DNA from: an uncultured archaeon
Lineage (GTDB): Archaea; Asgardarchaeota; Lokiarchaeia; Sigyniarchaeales; SOKP01
Direction of reading: 5' to 3'
Assembly: GCA_964447495.1 (NCBI GenBank)
Contig: CAYUTF010000021.1
Coordinates: 1-41,070, forward strand
Length of the DNA stretch: 41,070 nt
In this document: positions 1-9,807 of the stretch, piece by piece
Numbering within the stretch: the stretch's first letter is position 1
Layout of the letters: each line of letters begins with the position of its first letter
Notes under the pieces: generated by a model
What the model saw: only the letters and a program-made list of their open reading frames with translations
The model's database searches: none
Told to the model about the DNA's origin: nothing
Position numbers and translations under genes: made by a program

Positions 1-136
1 TAGCTCATTATTATTAGTTTTTACGAAATTTATGAAAGATAAATATAGGTAATATAGACTACTTATAATTATTTTGATAAAAATTACCTTATTCTAGGTT
101 AACCCATTAATTAAAAGAATTAAGTGCACATTTTTT

Positions 137-161
137 AAAAAAAAAGAAAAAAGAAAAAAAA
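137..161 (-). terminator. Oligo-U terminator after the acyl-CoA dehydrogenase gene
   Basis: A-runs on + (T-runs on -) begin immediately after the TAG stop at 163; archaeal intrinsic terminators are oligo-T tracts. Confidence 0.55.
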
Positions 162-162
162 T

Positions 163-1347
163 CTATATAGCTTTAAATAGTTGTCTGAGTGCGTAACTCA
201 TAATATATTGCTGTATTTGCCGAGTTCCTCCACCAATTTCTTGGATTCGAGTAATCCCAAGCAAATCATGCATTAGTGTATTATCACAAACTCCTGCACC
301 CCCCATTATATTTGCACACTCATAAGCTACTCGTTCACTTAATTTAGCGCTAACCGATTTTAATTGTGAAGCAGTTACTCCTAATGCTAAATTGAATTCT
401 TTTGGAAGAGTCCCATGTTCCTTCATTTTAGCATCGATTAGTTGGCAGACATGTAATGCTGATAGTGTTAGATTCATTGTTTCTGCCCAATAATCTGAAA
501 GTGGAAAGCCCACACCTTGATACTTTAAAATTTCTTGATCAAATTGCTTTCTCATGTTTACATAGATGAATGCATGCGAAAGGGCATTCCAAGCCTCGGC
601 CGCATTAAGAATAACGATTCCGAAGCGTTCCAAATTTAAGCCTTCAAATAGGTGGGACCTACCCTGCCCTGGTTCTCCCAATACGTATTCTGCAGGAACT
701 CTCAAATTCGTTAAAATCTCTTTACCAATTTGTAATCGGGGAGTCCAAGGAATATTTACGCGTTCTGCTTTCCAACCCTCCCAAGAGGTATCAATTAAAA
801 ATTGTCCCATAGTATTTCCATTATCTTTTTCCGAAACCGCATATAAAACAACCCAATCAGCTTTAGGACCATTCGTTTGATATATTTTCACTCCATTTAA
901 TAAGTAACTTCCATCAGGCTGCTTATCACAAGTAGTTTGCATGTGAACAGCATCAGAACCACGCTCAGGTTCAGTTATACAGATAGCCCCAATCTTTTTT
1001 CCAGTGATTAAGTCTTTCAAAGCATTCAATCGAACATCCACATTTTCGTGATGGAGCATTATTGGGTTTACAACAAGGACTGTAGCTCCCATCCCCATAG
1101 CTAATTGAGGATCAAAAAAATCAGTGGCTAAAATTCGCATAAATTCTGCAGTCATGCCATATGGTTCAAAATCAAAGCCGACTTCCTTAAAGTTATTTAC
1201 ACGAGTGATAAGCCCTTGCTCGCCTATTTCAGGTATCCAATCATAAAAATCTTCGTTATGGGTAATATTATGTTCTCTTTCGAATTTCACATAAAACTTC
1301 TGAGTCTCTTGTAAGAATTTCAAGTATTCTGGCTTTAAATAACTCAT
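163..1347 (-). CDS. Acyl-CoA dehydrogenase, isovaleryl-CoA dehydrogenase-like catalytic layout
   Basis: ITEPERGSD, LNGVKIYQTNG, RKQFDQEI, MGGAG motifs. GLNLER carries the IVD/LCAD-type Glu, and QEIGGGT lacks the MCAD-type Glu. Start moved to MSYLKP (1347) because the track's 32-aa extension looks non-coding. Confidence 0.9.
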   Translation of the reverse strand: MSYLKPEYLKFLQETQKFYVKFEREHNITHNEDFYDWIPEIGEQGLITRVNNFKEVGFDFEPYGMTAEFMRILATDFFDPQLAMGMGATVLVVNPIMLHHENVDVRLNALKDLITGKKIGAICITEPERGSDAVHMQTTCDKQPDGSYLLNGVKIYQTNGPKADWVVLYAVSEKDNGNTMGQFLIDTSWEGWKAERVNIPWTPRLQIGKEILTNLRVPAEYVLGEPGQGRSHLFEGLNLERFGIVILNAAEAWNALSHAFIYVNMRKQFDQEILKYQGVGFPLSDYWAETMNLTLSALHVCQLIDAKMKEHGTLPKEFNLALGVTASQLKSVSAKLSERVAYECANIMGGAGVCDNTLMHDLLGITRIQEIGGGTRQIQQYIMSYALRQLFKAI

Positions 1348-1548
1348 CAAACAATAATTCAGAAATTTATATCGATTTTTTAAAGCTAATTTTTTTAAAA
1401 TGTCATCATTAATACATTGTACTTTTCCTTTTTGATTTTGCATATTCTTTCCTTTTAAAGTGATTTTAATTTTTATTAATAAGTATTTAACGTGAGAATT
1501 TAAAATAGTTTAAAAATTAGGAAACAAAAAAAATAAGAGTAAAAAAAA

Positions 1549-3282
1549 TTAATTAGATTTTTTGGCTTCATCTCGAAGGGATCTCTTCAATACTTTTCCC
1601 ACAGCAGTAAGAGGCATCGCTTCTCGAAATTCCCATATTCTAGGATTCTCATATTTGGAAAGATGGTCGGATGCATATTTTTTTAAATTCTCTTTAATGA
1701 TATCACTTGGTTCAATTCCCTCTTTTAATTGGACTACTGCTTTTACTATTTCACTTCCAGGCCGATCGACATCAGGTAATCCAATAATAGCAACTAATTC
1801 TATATCAGGATGCTTTGTTAATATATCTTCGACATGTACGCTATAAACCTTATATCCGCTCACTATCAACATATCTTTCGTTCTATCGACAATAGTAATA
1901 TATCCATCCTCATCCATAATAGCAACATCACCAGTATGAAACCATCCATTCATTATCGTCTTTTCATTAGCGTCTGGTTTATTATAATAGCCTCTAGTCA
2001 CCTGTGGTCCTCTACAAATGACTTCTCCAGGTTTCCCTAAAGGCACTTGTTCTCCAGTATCGACATCAACAAGACGTATATCTGTATCAGGTATAGGTAA
2101 GCCAACAGTACCGATCTTTTTTGTTCCTTTGTATGGATTCATTGTTAGAATAGGAGATGTTTCAGTCATGCCATACACTTCTAATACTTTACTTTTTGCA
2201 TTTAAAGAGGCTTCAAAATCATTTATTGCCTCGGCAGGAAAAGGTGCCGCACCAGAGATATATATTTCTATTGCTTCTAAAGTGGAATTAGGAATTTCTG
2301 TTGCTTTAGGATTGTTTTTAATATTAAGATATAATGTCGGAACATTCACCATGATACGAGGGTTTTTTTCTTGCATTTCCATAATAATATGATCAGAATC
2401 TCTTGGATTGGCAATTAAGATCTGCCCGGCAGAAACATATAGCGTGACCATACTCATCGCAAGCCCAGCTAAATGGAATAGTGGAAAGGCAGATAGGTTC
2501 ACTTCTCCTTCCTTTGCTTCATATGTATCAATCCAAGTTATTATTTGAACTATATTCGAAATAATATTCTTATGGGTGAGTTCGGTTCCTTTAGGTAACC
2601 CTGTAGTTCCACCAGTATACTGAAGCAAGGCAAGATCATTCTCAACATTGATATCAACATCTTTTAAATTGATTTCTGTTTTCATCACTTCTTTAAAGTC
2701 CAATACATATTTGTCCTTATATGGTTGGACTTTCCCTTTTGGAATTTTACCGAGTAATTTACCTAAGACAACTAATACCTTCGAGAGCCCCATATAATCA
2801 GATACATTTGTAGTTATTATGCATTTTAGATTTGGCACTTTATCTAATATCTTAATTAAGACCTTAGCATATATCGCATCTAAAGTCACAAAAAATTTAG
2901 ATTCACTGTCGTTAATCTGATAAGCTACTTCTGTAGGACTTAATAGAGGCGAAGACCCAGAAGCAACTCCGCCTGCTAATAAGGTTCCGAAATGGGCGAT
3001 CAGATATTGTGGACAATTAGGTAAACTAATTGCTACACGATCGCCTTTCTTTAATCCATTTTCCTGTAAAAAGGTTGCAAATCGATGGATTTTATCTCGG
3101 AGTTCTTTAAATTTCATATCTCTTTTCATAAAATAGCAGGCAATTCTCTCAGGAAATTTATTCATTGCATTGTCAAATAATTTGCCAAGAGATTCCTTTG
3201 GATACTCTAAATTTGGTTTCACATGGGAATCATATGATTTAATCCATATTTTCTCATCATAAGGCGACTTATTCGATGAAAT
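1549..3282 (-). CDS. fadD: Long-chain fatty acid--CoA ligase (AMP-forming)
   Basis: YTGGTTGLPKG, YGMTETSP, GWFHTGD, DRTKDML and PLTAVGKV motifs. The frame stays open upstream of the track's GTG (3222) with FadD-like PYDEKIWIKSYD, so the start is proposed at ATT 3282. Confidence 0.9.
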   Translation of the reverse strand: MSSNKSPYDEKIWIKSYDSHVKPNLEYPKESLGKLFDNAMNKFPERIACYFMKRDMKFKELRDKIHRFATFLQENGLKKGDRVAISLPNCPQYLIAHFGTLLAGGVASGSSPLLSPTEVAYQINDSESKFFVTLDAIYAKVLIKILDKVPNLKCIITTNVSDYMGLSKVLVVLGKLLGKIPKGKVQPYKDKYVLDFKEVMKTEINLKDVDINVENDLALLQYTGGTTGLPKGTELTHKNIISNIVQIITWIDTYEAKEGEVNLSAFPLFHLAGLAMSMVTLYVSAGQILIANPRDSDHIIMEMQEKNPRIMVNVPTLYLNIKNNPKATEIPNSTLEAIEIYISGAAPFPAEAINDFEASLNAKSKVLEVYGMTETSPILTMNPYKGTKKIGTVGLPIPDTDIRLVDVDTGEQVPLGKPGEVICRGPQVTRGYYNKPDANEKTIMNGWFHTGDVAIMDEDGYITIVDRTKDMLIVSGYKVYSVHVEDILTKHPDIELVAIIGLPDVDRPGSEIVKAVVQLKEGIEPSDIIKENLKKYASDHLSKYENPRIWEFREAMPLTAVGKVLKRSLRDEAKKSN

Positions 3283-3461
3283 CGCATAACACCTATTTAT
3301 TAATTAATTAAAATTTATGAAATTTGTAAATATCTTTATTATTATTTTGGAAATTTATAAAAGTTTCTTCATTTTTGAGTAAATTCTTCTTCCAAACCAT
3401 AAAATTATTTATGATTTTAATAATAAGTTTAAAAATAAAATAAAGGAAGTTTTTTGACTAT

Positions 3462-4475
3462 TTAGCCGATATTAACCATGACCTTGATATCCTCATGAAG
3501 CGCGTCTGATAATCGTTTAAATGATTCTGTTACTTCTTCAAGATTAACTCTTCTGGTTATTAATGGCGTTACATTAACTTTTTTCTGCTCAATAAGTCTA
3601 ATTGCTGTCTTGAATGCATCTTGATCAACAAGGTACATTCCTTTAAAAGTTATATTCTTTGAGATAATTTGAAACCAACCCTTCACTTCGAAAGGGGCAG
3701 AATACATCCCAATCAGCATTATAAACCCGCCTCTTTTAATTAGCATCAATGAATTCATTATTGTATCAGGGATTCCAACGCAATCAAAAATAAAATCGGG
3801 ACCTATCTTATCAGTATGCTTTAAAATTCTATTCCACTTTTTCGTATCAAAAACAAAATCTGCACCTAATTCTAATGCTAGTTTTTGTTTATACTCTATT
3901 GGTTCAATAACAAAAATATTTGAAGCTCCTGCTGCTTTTAAAACTTGAATAATCATTAATCCAATTGTACCTGCCCCAAAAACTGCTGCATTATTGCCGA
4001 TTTTGAATCCTGACAACTTAACTGCATGAACAGCTATTGTTAAGGGCTCAACCATGGCTCCTTCTTCAAATGACAGACTATCAGGCAATTTATGAACCCG
4101 ATCCGCTCGAACTTTGATATATTCGGCGAGTGCACCATCATGAGTAACACCTATAGTATGATGGATACATGATGTTTCGTTCCCAGACTTACAATAGTTA
4201 CATTCTAAACACGGTTCATTTGGATTTGCCACAACTCTATCTCCAATTTTAAAAGAGTTTACATTGAGTCCCATCTCAATGATTTCACCACTAAATTCAT
4301 GCCCTAAAATCATTTCCTGTGAAGACATACCACCACTTTTAAACGAACTAATATCAGAACCACAAATTCCGCAGTTTTTTACTTTAATAAGTACTTCGTC
4401 ACTATTAATCACGGGTTTTGGAAGGTCATCTCTTAAATAAATCTGCATGAGTCTTTCAAAAAATATTCCTCTCAT
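3462..4475 (-). CDS. Zn-dependent alcohol/polyol dehydrogenase (MDR superfamily)
   Basis: CGICGSD, GHEFSG, structural Zn site CLECNYC...C, VEPL, GAGTIG Rossmann motif; AGGAG RBS upstream. Confidence 0.9.
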   Translation of the reverse strand: MRGIFFERLMQIYLRDDLPKPVINSDEVLIKVKNCGICGSDISSFKSGGMSSQEMILGHEFSGEIIEMGLNVNSFKIGDRVVANPNEPCLECNYCKSGNETSCIHHTIGVTHDGALAEYIKVRADRVHKLPDSLSFEEGAMVEPLTIAVHAVKLSGFKIGNNAAVFGAGTIGLMIIQVLKAAGASNIFVIEPIEYKQKLALELGADFVFDTKKWNRILKHTDKIGPDFIFDCVGIPDTIMNSLMLIKRGGFIMLIGMYSAPFEVKGWFQIISKNITFKGMYLVDQDAFKTAIRLIEQKKVNVTPLITRRVNLEEVTESFKRLSDALHEDIKVMVNIG

Positions 4476-4534
4476 AATTTTAACTCCTAGTTTTATTTGT
4501 TTTGATAATTTTTTAAAAAAAATTAAAAATGAAA

Positions 4535-6244
4535 TTAAAGGATTCCCATGGATGCCATTAATTTTGTGCCATCGCTCATGGTTTGGGCACTCTTCACATC
4601 AAGTACTGCTGGTTTATTTGAGGATTTTGCTCGTTCTAATGCTGCTTTAAGTTGATTTGGATCCGTAATTACCTCTCCGTAACATCCAAATCCTTCAGCA
4701 CACTTTGCAAAATCAAAATCAGGAAGATCAACATCAATAAAATGTTTTTTCTTGTATTTATTTTGACAAGATTTGATCATACCCCAAGAGCTATTGTTGG
4801 CAATTACATATATTAAATTTTTTAATCCTAAACGCACAGCAGTTTCCAAATCCTGGACATTAAATAGAAAGCTTCCATCTCCGACAATAGCGATGACTTG
4901 TTTTTCCGGTTTCGCGAGTTTCGCTCCAATAGCATAAGGAACGGAAGTTCCTAAATGTCCCATGCCGATAGAGGTTAGTGTGGAGAGAGGAGGGCGAGGT
5001 TTATGAAAGTTTATTTGCTCTACAGTGTAACATGCAATATCGCCTCCATCAATAACAAGGATGGCATCATCATCCATAAATTCCATCGTTTCATAGACTA
5101 ACCTTTCGGGAAGGATGGGTGTCTTGTCTTTAAGGATCCTCTTAAAGAATTTATCTTTAAAACTAGCCCTTAGTCCTTGTAGTGACTCTAACCACTCTCG
5201 TTTCTCAACCTTTTTACTTTTCTTTACTTCCGCTAGCATCTGTTTTAAAAATAATTTGCAATCTCCAATAATCCCTAAGGTAATAGGTTTCGCACGACCT
5301 ATAATACTAGAGTCAATATCTACTTGAATCAGTTTTTGTGAATTTTTGAAAAACGGCTCATCTCCATGGCCCATTGTAAATGAAAATTTACAACCTAATG
5401 CTAAAACTACATCTGCTTGATAAGATACCTCTTTACCAAATCCTTGTATCGTTGAATCAATTAAACATCGGGAAGAGTTTGAAAGAGTACCAATCCCCAT
5501 TACGGTAGTAATGACAGGTATCTGCAAATATTCTGCAAATTCTTTTAATTCATTCCAACCTTCTGATCGTGTCACTCCACCCCCTGAAAGGATTAATGGC
5601 TTTTCTGCATTTAATAATAGCTCAAGAGACTTTTTTATTTGGTCATTTTCAATCGCAGGCATTCCGTATGGGCGATACATCTCTTTTGGTAAAATTTTCA
5701 CGTTTTCCTCTTCCTCTTCTTCAAGAAAAGCATCCTCATAAATCTCTAATAAAGCGGGTCCAGGTCTACCTCCTGTCGCTGCACGGAAAACTTTGTGCAC
5801 CGCATCCGGTATTTTATTTAAATCTCGTATACTTCTTTGATATTTGGTTATAGGTTTAAAAAGAGTTATTTGATCTAAGTTTCCTTGAAGAGTATAAGTA
5901 TCATCATACTGGCTATTGACTTGAGGCACTATTGCAATAACAGGGATATTATCACTCCATGCCGCACCTACTCCCGGTACTAGGTCGGTTGCTCCCGGTC
6001 CTACAGTACCAAAACACACTCCTGGCTTGTTGGTGACTCGTGCCCACGCATCTGCTGCATGTGCTGCACCTTGTTCGTGCCGAAACATCACGGTATCTAT
6101 GCCTTTTTCTCGACCCCATTCATAAATCGCGTCAAACATATTTAAGAATTGGCCACCTATAATCCCAAACATATATTTAACATCTTCTTCAAGAAGACAT
6201 TTAACTAAAACGTCTCCTCCGTTAATTTTAGTTTTTTCCTCCAT
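4535..6244 (-). CDS. Thiamine diphosphate enzyme of the acetolactate synthase / 2-hydroxyacyl-CoA lyase (ILVBL-like) superfamily
   Basis: RHEQGAAHAADAWAR, GPGATD, GRPGP, DGGD, GDGSF...NN TPP motif. ATG at 6244 lies 6 nt after AGTG. Confidence 0.85.
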   Translation of the reverse strand: MEEKTKINGGDVLVKCLLEEDVKYMFGIIGGQFLNMFDAIYEWGREKGIDTVMFRHEQGAAHAADAWARVTNKPGVCFGTVGPGATDLVPGVGAAWSDNIPVIAIVPQVNSQYDDTYTLQGNLDQITLFKPITKYQRSIRDLNKIPDAVHKVFRAATGGRPGPALLEIYEDAFLEEEEEENVKILPKEMYRPYGMPAIENDQIKKSLELLLNAEKPLILSGGGVTRSEGWNELKEFAEYLQIPVITTVMGIGTLSNSSRCLIDSTIQGFGKEVSYQADVVLALGCKFSFTMGHGDEPFFKNSQKLIQVDIDSSIIGRAKPITLGIIGDCKLFLKQMLAEVKKSKKVEKREWLESLQGLRASFKDKFFKRILKDKTPILPERLVYETMEFMDDDAILVIDGGDIACYTVEQINFHKPRPPLSTLTSIGMGHLGTSVPYAIGAKLAKPEKQVIAIVGDGSFLFNVQDLETAVRLGLKNLIYVIANNSSWGMIKSCQNKYKKKHFIDVDLPDFDFAKCAEGFGCYGEVITDPNQLKAALERAKSSNKPAVLDVKSAQTMSDGTKLMASMGIL

Positions 6245-6387
6245 ATTTTTCACTTTTACTGTATAATAAACCTTGATTGATACTAATTTTCGTTATATGT
6301 GTTTAAATAATTAACTAAGTATAAAAGTTAATGATGATTTAGCCACTTATTTTTATTATTTATCCCTTATTTTACCTTTCAAAACCT

Positions 6388-7383
6388 CTAATAACGAAAT
6401 GTATCAAGGGTAGATAAAAATTCCTTTAAATCTGATGGAATTTCCCGAACATAATTATTCTTCAAATTAAGGATCTTCAGCCTTTTTATCTGTTTTATGG
6501 AATCTGGCAGTTTTTCGATATGATTTTTACTCAAATCTAATTCACTGAGCAGAGACAAAGAAGGAATAAACTTTGGAATGTCTATAATACTATTTGAACT
6601 TAATCGTAAAGATTTTAGCTTGGTTAGCAGTCCGATTGAATCAGGGATAAGGGGTGGACTTCTATCGATATCATCATATTTTTGATGCAATAAAAAAAAT
6701 GAGTCCAAATCATTAATTCTCATAAAACTTGTAATAATATCCTGATTATTCTTAATGTATACCCAATTATAGTAATTATATGTTAATGCTTCCACATGCT
6801 TCTCCTTAATTGAAATCCAAGGCTTTGGAACACCAATCTTTCTCAATGCTCTAAAATATTCAAAAGAATCCTCTGAAATTGCATAAATTTTTAACGCATT
6901 TGAAAATAGACATTCAACATCTAAAAAAAAAGGCGCTTCTAAGGGAATTATGTCAAGTTTTTTTGCATAATTTTGGATCCATTCTGATATAGCAGTTTTA
7001 ATTTCGAAAAAAGTACCTGTTTTCTCTTTTGATGCAATATCATAGAGGCTTTTTATTAAAGTAGGAGAAGTATCGTGTTTAATTGCCCATTGTAATGCAC
7101 TACTTCCATATTTTAAGAATTTTTCTGCTATGAGTTGAGCAGCAGAAGCCCTTACAAAATGATTTTCATCAGAAAGCAGACAACTCTCAAAGATTTTATA
7201 TATCTGTTCTGACTTATCAGGGTGTACTCCTAATTTTTGAAAGAATAAAATACAATCTCGTCGCATTTCTGGATTGTTACTTTTTTCAATGAGAGAGAGC
7301 AAGAGGTCAGTAGCTAATGACTTATTAATTTTACCCTTAGAAACATCCTTATATATCGCTTCTGGAGTTAATGACTCATTCAT
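6388..7383 (-). CDS. HEAT-repeat + C-terminal leucine-rich-repeat protein
   Basis: N-terminal DENHFVRASAAQLI HEAT-like helix pair; C-terminal LxxLxLxxNxIxxI/LP repeats (LKSLRLSSNSIIDIP, LSELDLSKNHIEKLP, LKILNLKNNYVREIP). Confidence 0.8.
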   Translation of the reverse strand: MNESLTPEAIYKDVSKGKINKSLATDLLLSLIEKSNNPEMRRDCILFFQKLGVHPDKSEQIYKIFESCLLSDENHFVRASAAQLIAEKFLKYGSSALQWAIKHDTSPTLIKSLYDIASKEKTGTFFEIKTAISEWIQNYAKKLDIIPLEAPFFLDVECLFSNALKIYAISEDSFEYFRALRKIGVPKPWISIKEKHVEALTYNYYNWVYIKNNQDIITSFMRINDLDSFFLLHQKYDDIDRSPPLIPDSIGLLTKLKSLRLSSNSIIDIPKFIPSLSLLSELDLSKNHIEKLPDSIKQIKRLKILNLKNNYVREIPSDLKEFLSTLDTFRY

Positions 7384-7643
7384 AGCACTGATTAAATTAT
7401 ATCAAAAAAATTCAAATTAGTAAGGTAAAATTAAAAATTTAGACAATAATATTCTTTGAGGTTGAAAGGTTTAAATAATTTTTCTTGAAATCTAAAAACG
7501 CTATTAATGTCCATTATCCCTAGTAAAATCAGTTATTTCAACAATTGTATCATAATTTAAATAAACAAAATTTATATTACTGGGAGAGTATTAGTTCATC
7601 ACTATTTAATAATAATATTAAATGATAAAAGGTTGAAATTACA

Positions 7644-8072
7644 ATGAGTGAAACAAAAAAAAGGAAACAATCAAGTGCTATTTTAAATATAATTGTGATC
7701 ATTTTAGGAGCATACTTCTTATTTTTAGCAATAATACAAACAGTATCTATGCTAGGAATTAGTATAGCATTACCAGCTGAAATAGCATTATTTGCTGGAT
7801 TGCTCGGAAGCGGGTCAATGTTAGTCTCCTATGTGTTGGGATTCTGGGCGTTTATTGCTGGCTTCGGTCTTTTCAAAGAGGAAGAGTGGGCAATGGGAAT
7901 TGCCTTAACGATTTTAAGTTTGATGGCAGTGGTATCTTTGTCTTATTTATTACCGTTACTTACAATACCAACTTGGTATACCGCATGGACTAGCTGGGTT
8001 TATATTGTTGCTTTAGTAATTAGCACTATTGGGTTTTTATATTTATTGGTCACAAGGAATAGATATGATTAA
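7644..8072 (+). CDS. Hypothetical 4-TM membrane protein
   Basis: Four hydrophobic segments; ATG preceded by AGGTTG and followed by a long T tract. Confidence 0.75.
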   Translation: MSETKKRKQSSAILNIIVIILGAYFLFLAIIQTVSMLGISIALPAEIALFAGLLGSGSMLVSYVLGFWAFIAGFGLFKEEEWAMGIALTILSLMAVVSLSYLLPLLTIPTWYTAWTSWVYIVALVISTIGFLYLLVTRNRYD

Positions 8073-8094
8073 AAAACTGTAAATTTAAACCACA

Positions 8095-8122
8095 TTTTAT
8101 TTTTTTTTTTTATTTTATTTTC
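8095..8122 (+). terminator. Oligo-T terminator
   Basis: About 12 consecutive T plus flanking T runs, roughly 25 nt after the stop at 8072. Confidence 0.6.
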
Positions 8123-8243
8123 TTCATGTTTAAATTGAAAAGTCTTATAAGATGAGAAGTTAAATTATTAAGTAGATTTATTTATAAAAAGGGAATAATT
8201 TTCCTAAAAAGCAAATAAAAATAATATCGAGAGAACAAGAAAA

Positions 8244-9779
8244 ATGAAAACCTATGAAGAATATGTTCAAGATTTGCTGAAGATGAAACCAAACATTTAC
8301 ATCGGTGATGAGGTAGTTGGGAGGGATGACCCCCGAATAAAAGGAGGGATGCGAATCATTAAAGAAACGTATGATCATGTAAATGAACCCGAGTGGGAAA
8401 ATATTTGTACTGCTACAAGTCATATTACTAATAAAAAGATTAATCGCTTCTGTCATATCCATCAGAGTGAGGAGGATTTACTAAAAAAACAAATGATGAC
8501 ACGACAACTCTGCCATAGGGTTGGAGGATGTATCCAGAGATGTATGGGTATCGATGCTCTCAACGCACTCTCAGTCGTCACTTATGAAGTCGACCAAGCA
8601 CTCGGATCGGACCATTATCAACGTTTTCTAAAATATATGGAATATTTCCAAGAGAATGATTTGGTAGCAAGTTGTGCACAAACCGATGCAAAGGGAGATC
8701 GTCTTAAGAGACCCCATGAACAAGAGGATCCAGATCAATATCTAAGAGTGGTAGAGACTCGTGAAGATGGTATTATTGTACGAGGGTGTAAGCTTAATAT
8801 TACCAATACCCCCTATGCTCATGAACTAATCGCAGTTCCATGTAGATATATGGGCCCCGAGGATAAAGATTATGCGGTGGCATTTGCCCTACCTACAGAC
8901 TGGGAGGGCGTAAAACTCCTTACACGACCTGCTAATTTTAGAAAAAGTAAAGTTTATCAAGCACCGGGATTAGAGATTGGTGATGCTGAAACCTTTATTA
9001 TTTTTGATGATGTTTTTGTCCCTAAAGAACGTGTATTCTTAAATGGTCATGGGGATCCAAGACAAACTGCTTATGCTGGTTTTTTAGCTCTCATGTTTGC
9101 TCACTTTCATCGACATAGCTATACCGGTTGTAAACCCGCAGTATCGGAAGTTATTGCAAGCGCCGCTGCGTTAGCAGCTGAATATAATGGCATTGAAAGT
9201 ACCTCTCATGCAAAAGATAAAATATCACATATAATAGGTACAGCTGAACTTGTTTTTGCGGCTGGAGAATCGAGTGCGAAACATTCTGAAAAGGCACCCT
9301 CAGGTACTCAAGTCCCTGATGAGATTCTTACAAATGCGGGCAGAAGACTTGCAGGGGAAATGATTTATGAGGAATATAAAATATTGGCAGACCTCTCGGG
9401 GGGAATAATTGCAACCTTACCATTCGAAGAGACTTTTTATCATGAAGAAGTTGGTGAGCTAGCGATGAAGTACTTACAAAGAAATCCCAGAGTTAAACCA
9501 GAAAACATACTTCGGTGTTTCAAGGGAATAGAAGCTATAGCAGTGTCTGATCTAGCAGGAGTGATGCAAGTTGCTGGATTACATGGAGGAGGAAGTCCTC
9601 AAATGGAAACAATTACCATGATGATGCGCTACGATACAGAAAAATTAAAAGATATAGCTAAATATCTGTTTGGAATAAAATCTAAACTGAAACCCTACAA
9701 AAGACCAACAGTAACCCCTCGGAAACAACTTGAGAAATTTCGAAAAGCAATGTTAAGAAAAAAGGATGAAGCTAGGTAA
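8244..9779 (+). CDS. abfD: 4-hydroxybutyryl-CoA dehydratase / vinylacetyl-CoA isomerase family ([4Fe-4S]/FAD)
   Basis: CIQRC and HRHSYTGC supply the Cys3/His cluster ligands; also TDAKGDR, FDDVFVP, HGGGSPQ. Confidence 0.8.
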   Translation: MKTYEEYVQDLLKMKPNIYIGDEVVGRDDPRIKGGMRIIKETYDHVNEPEWENICTATSHITNKKINRFCHIHQSEEDLLKKQMMTRQLCHRVGGCIQRCMGIDALNALSVVTYEVDQALGSDHYQRFLKYMEYFQENDLVASCAQTDAKGDRLKRPHEQEDPDQYLRVVETREDGIIVRGCKLNITNTPYAHELIAVPCRYMGPEDKDYAVAFALPTDWEGVKLLTRPANFRKSKVYQAPGLEIGDAETFIIFDDVFVPKERVFLNGHGDPRQTAYAGFLALMFAHFHRHSYTGCKPAVSEVIASAAALAAEYNGIESTSHAKDKISHIIGTAELVFAAGESSAKHSEKAPSGTQVPDEILTNAGRRLAGEMIYEEYKILADLSGGIIATLPFEETFYHEEVGELAMKYLQRNPRVKPENILRCFKGIEAIAVSDLAGVMQVAGLHGGGSPQMETITMMMRYDTEKLKDIAKYLFGIKSKLKPYKRPTVTPRKQLEKFRKAMLRKKDEAR

Positions 9780-9807
9780 AATTCTATTTATTTTTTCTTT
9801 TTATTTA

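Noticed and set aside
1348-1443. 32-aa N-terminal extension of the acyl-CoA dehydrogenase
   Set aside because: Lys/Asn-rich translation of AT-rich promoter-like DNA, not ACAD-like
5707-5724. Glu run (EEEEEE) in the ThDP enzyme as a microsatellite
   Set aside because: Mixed GAA/GAG codons in an interdomain linker; ordinary low complexity
566-5853. Plus-strand ORFs at 566, 1562, 1834, 2018, 4447, 5115, 5511 and 5569
   Set aside because: Antisense shadows of well-supported minus-strand genes, with no motifs or RBS
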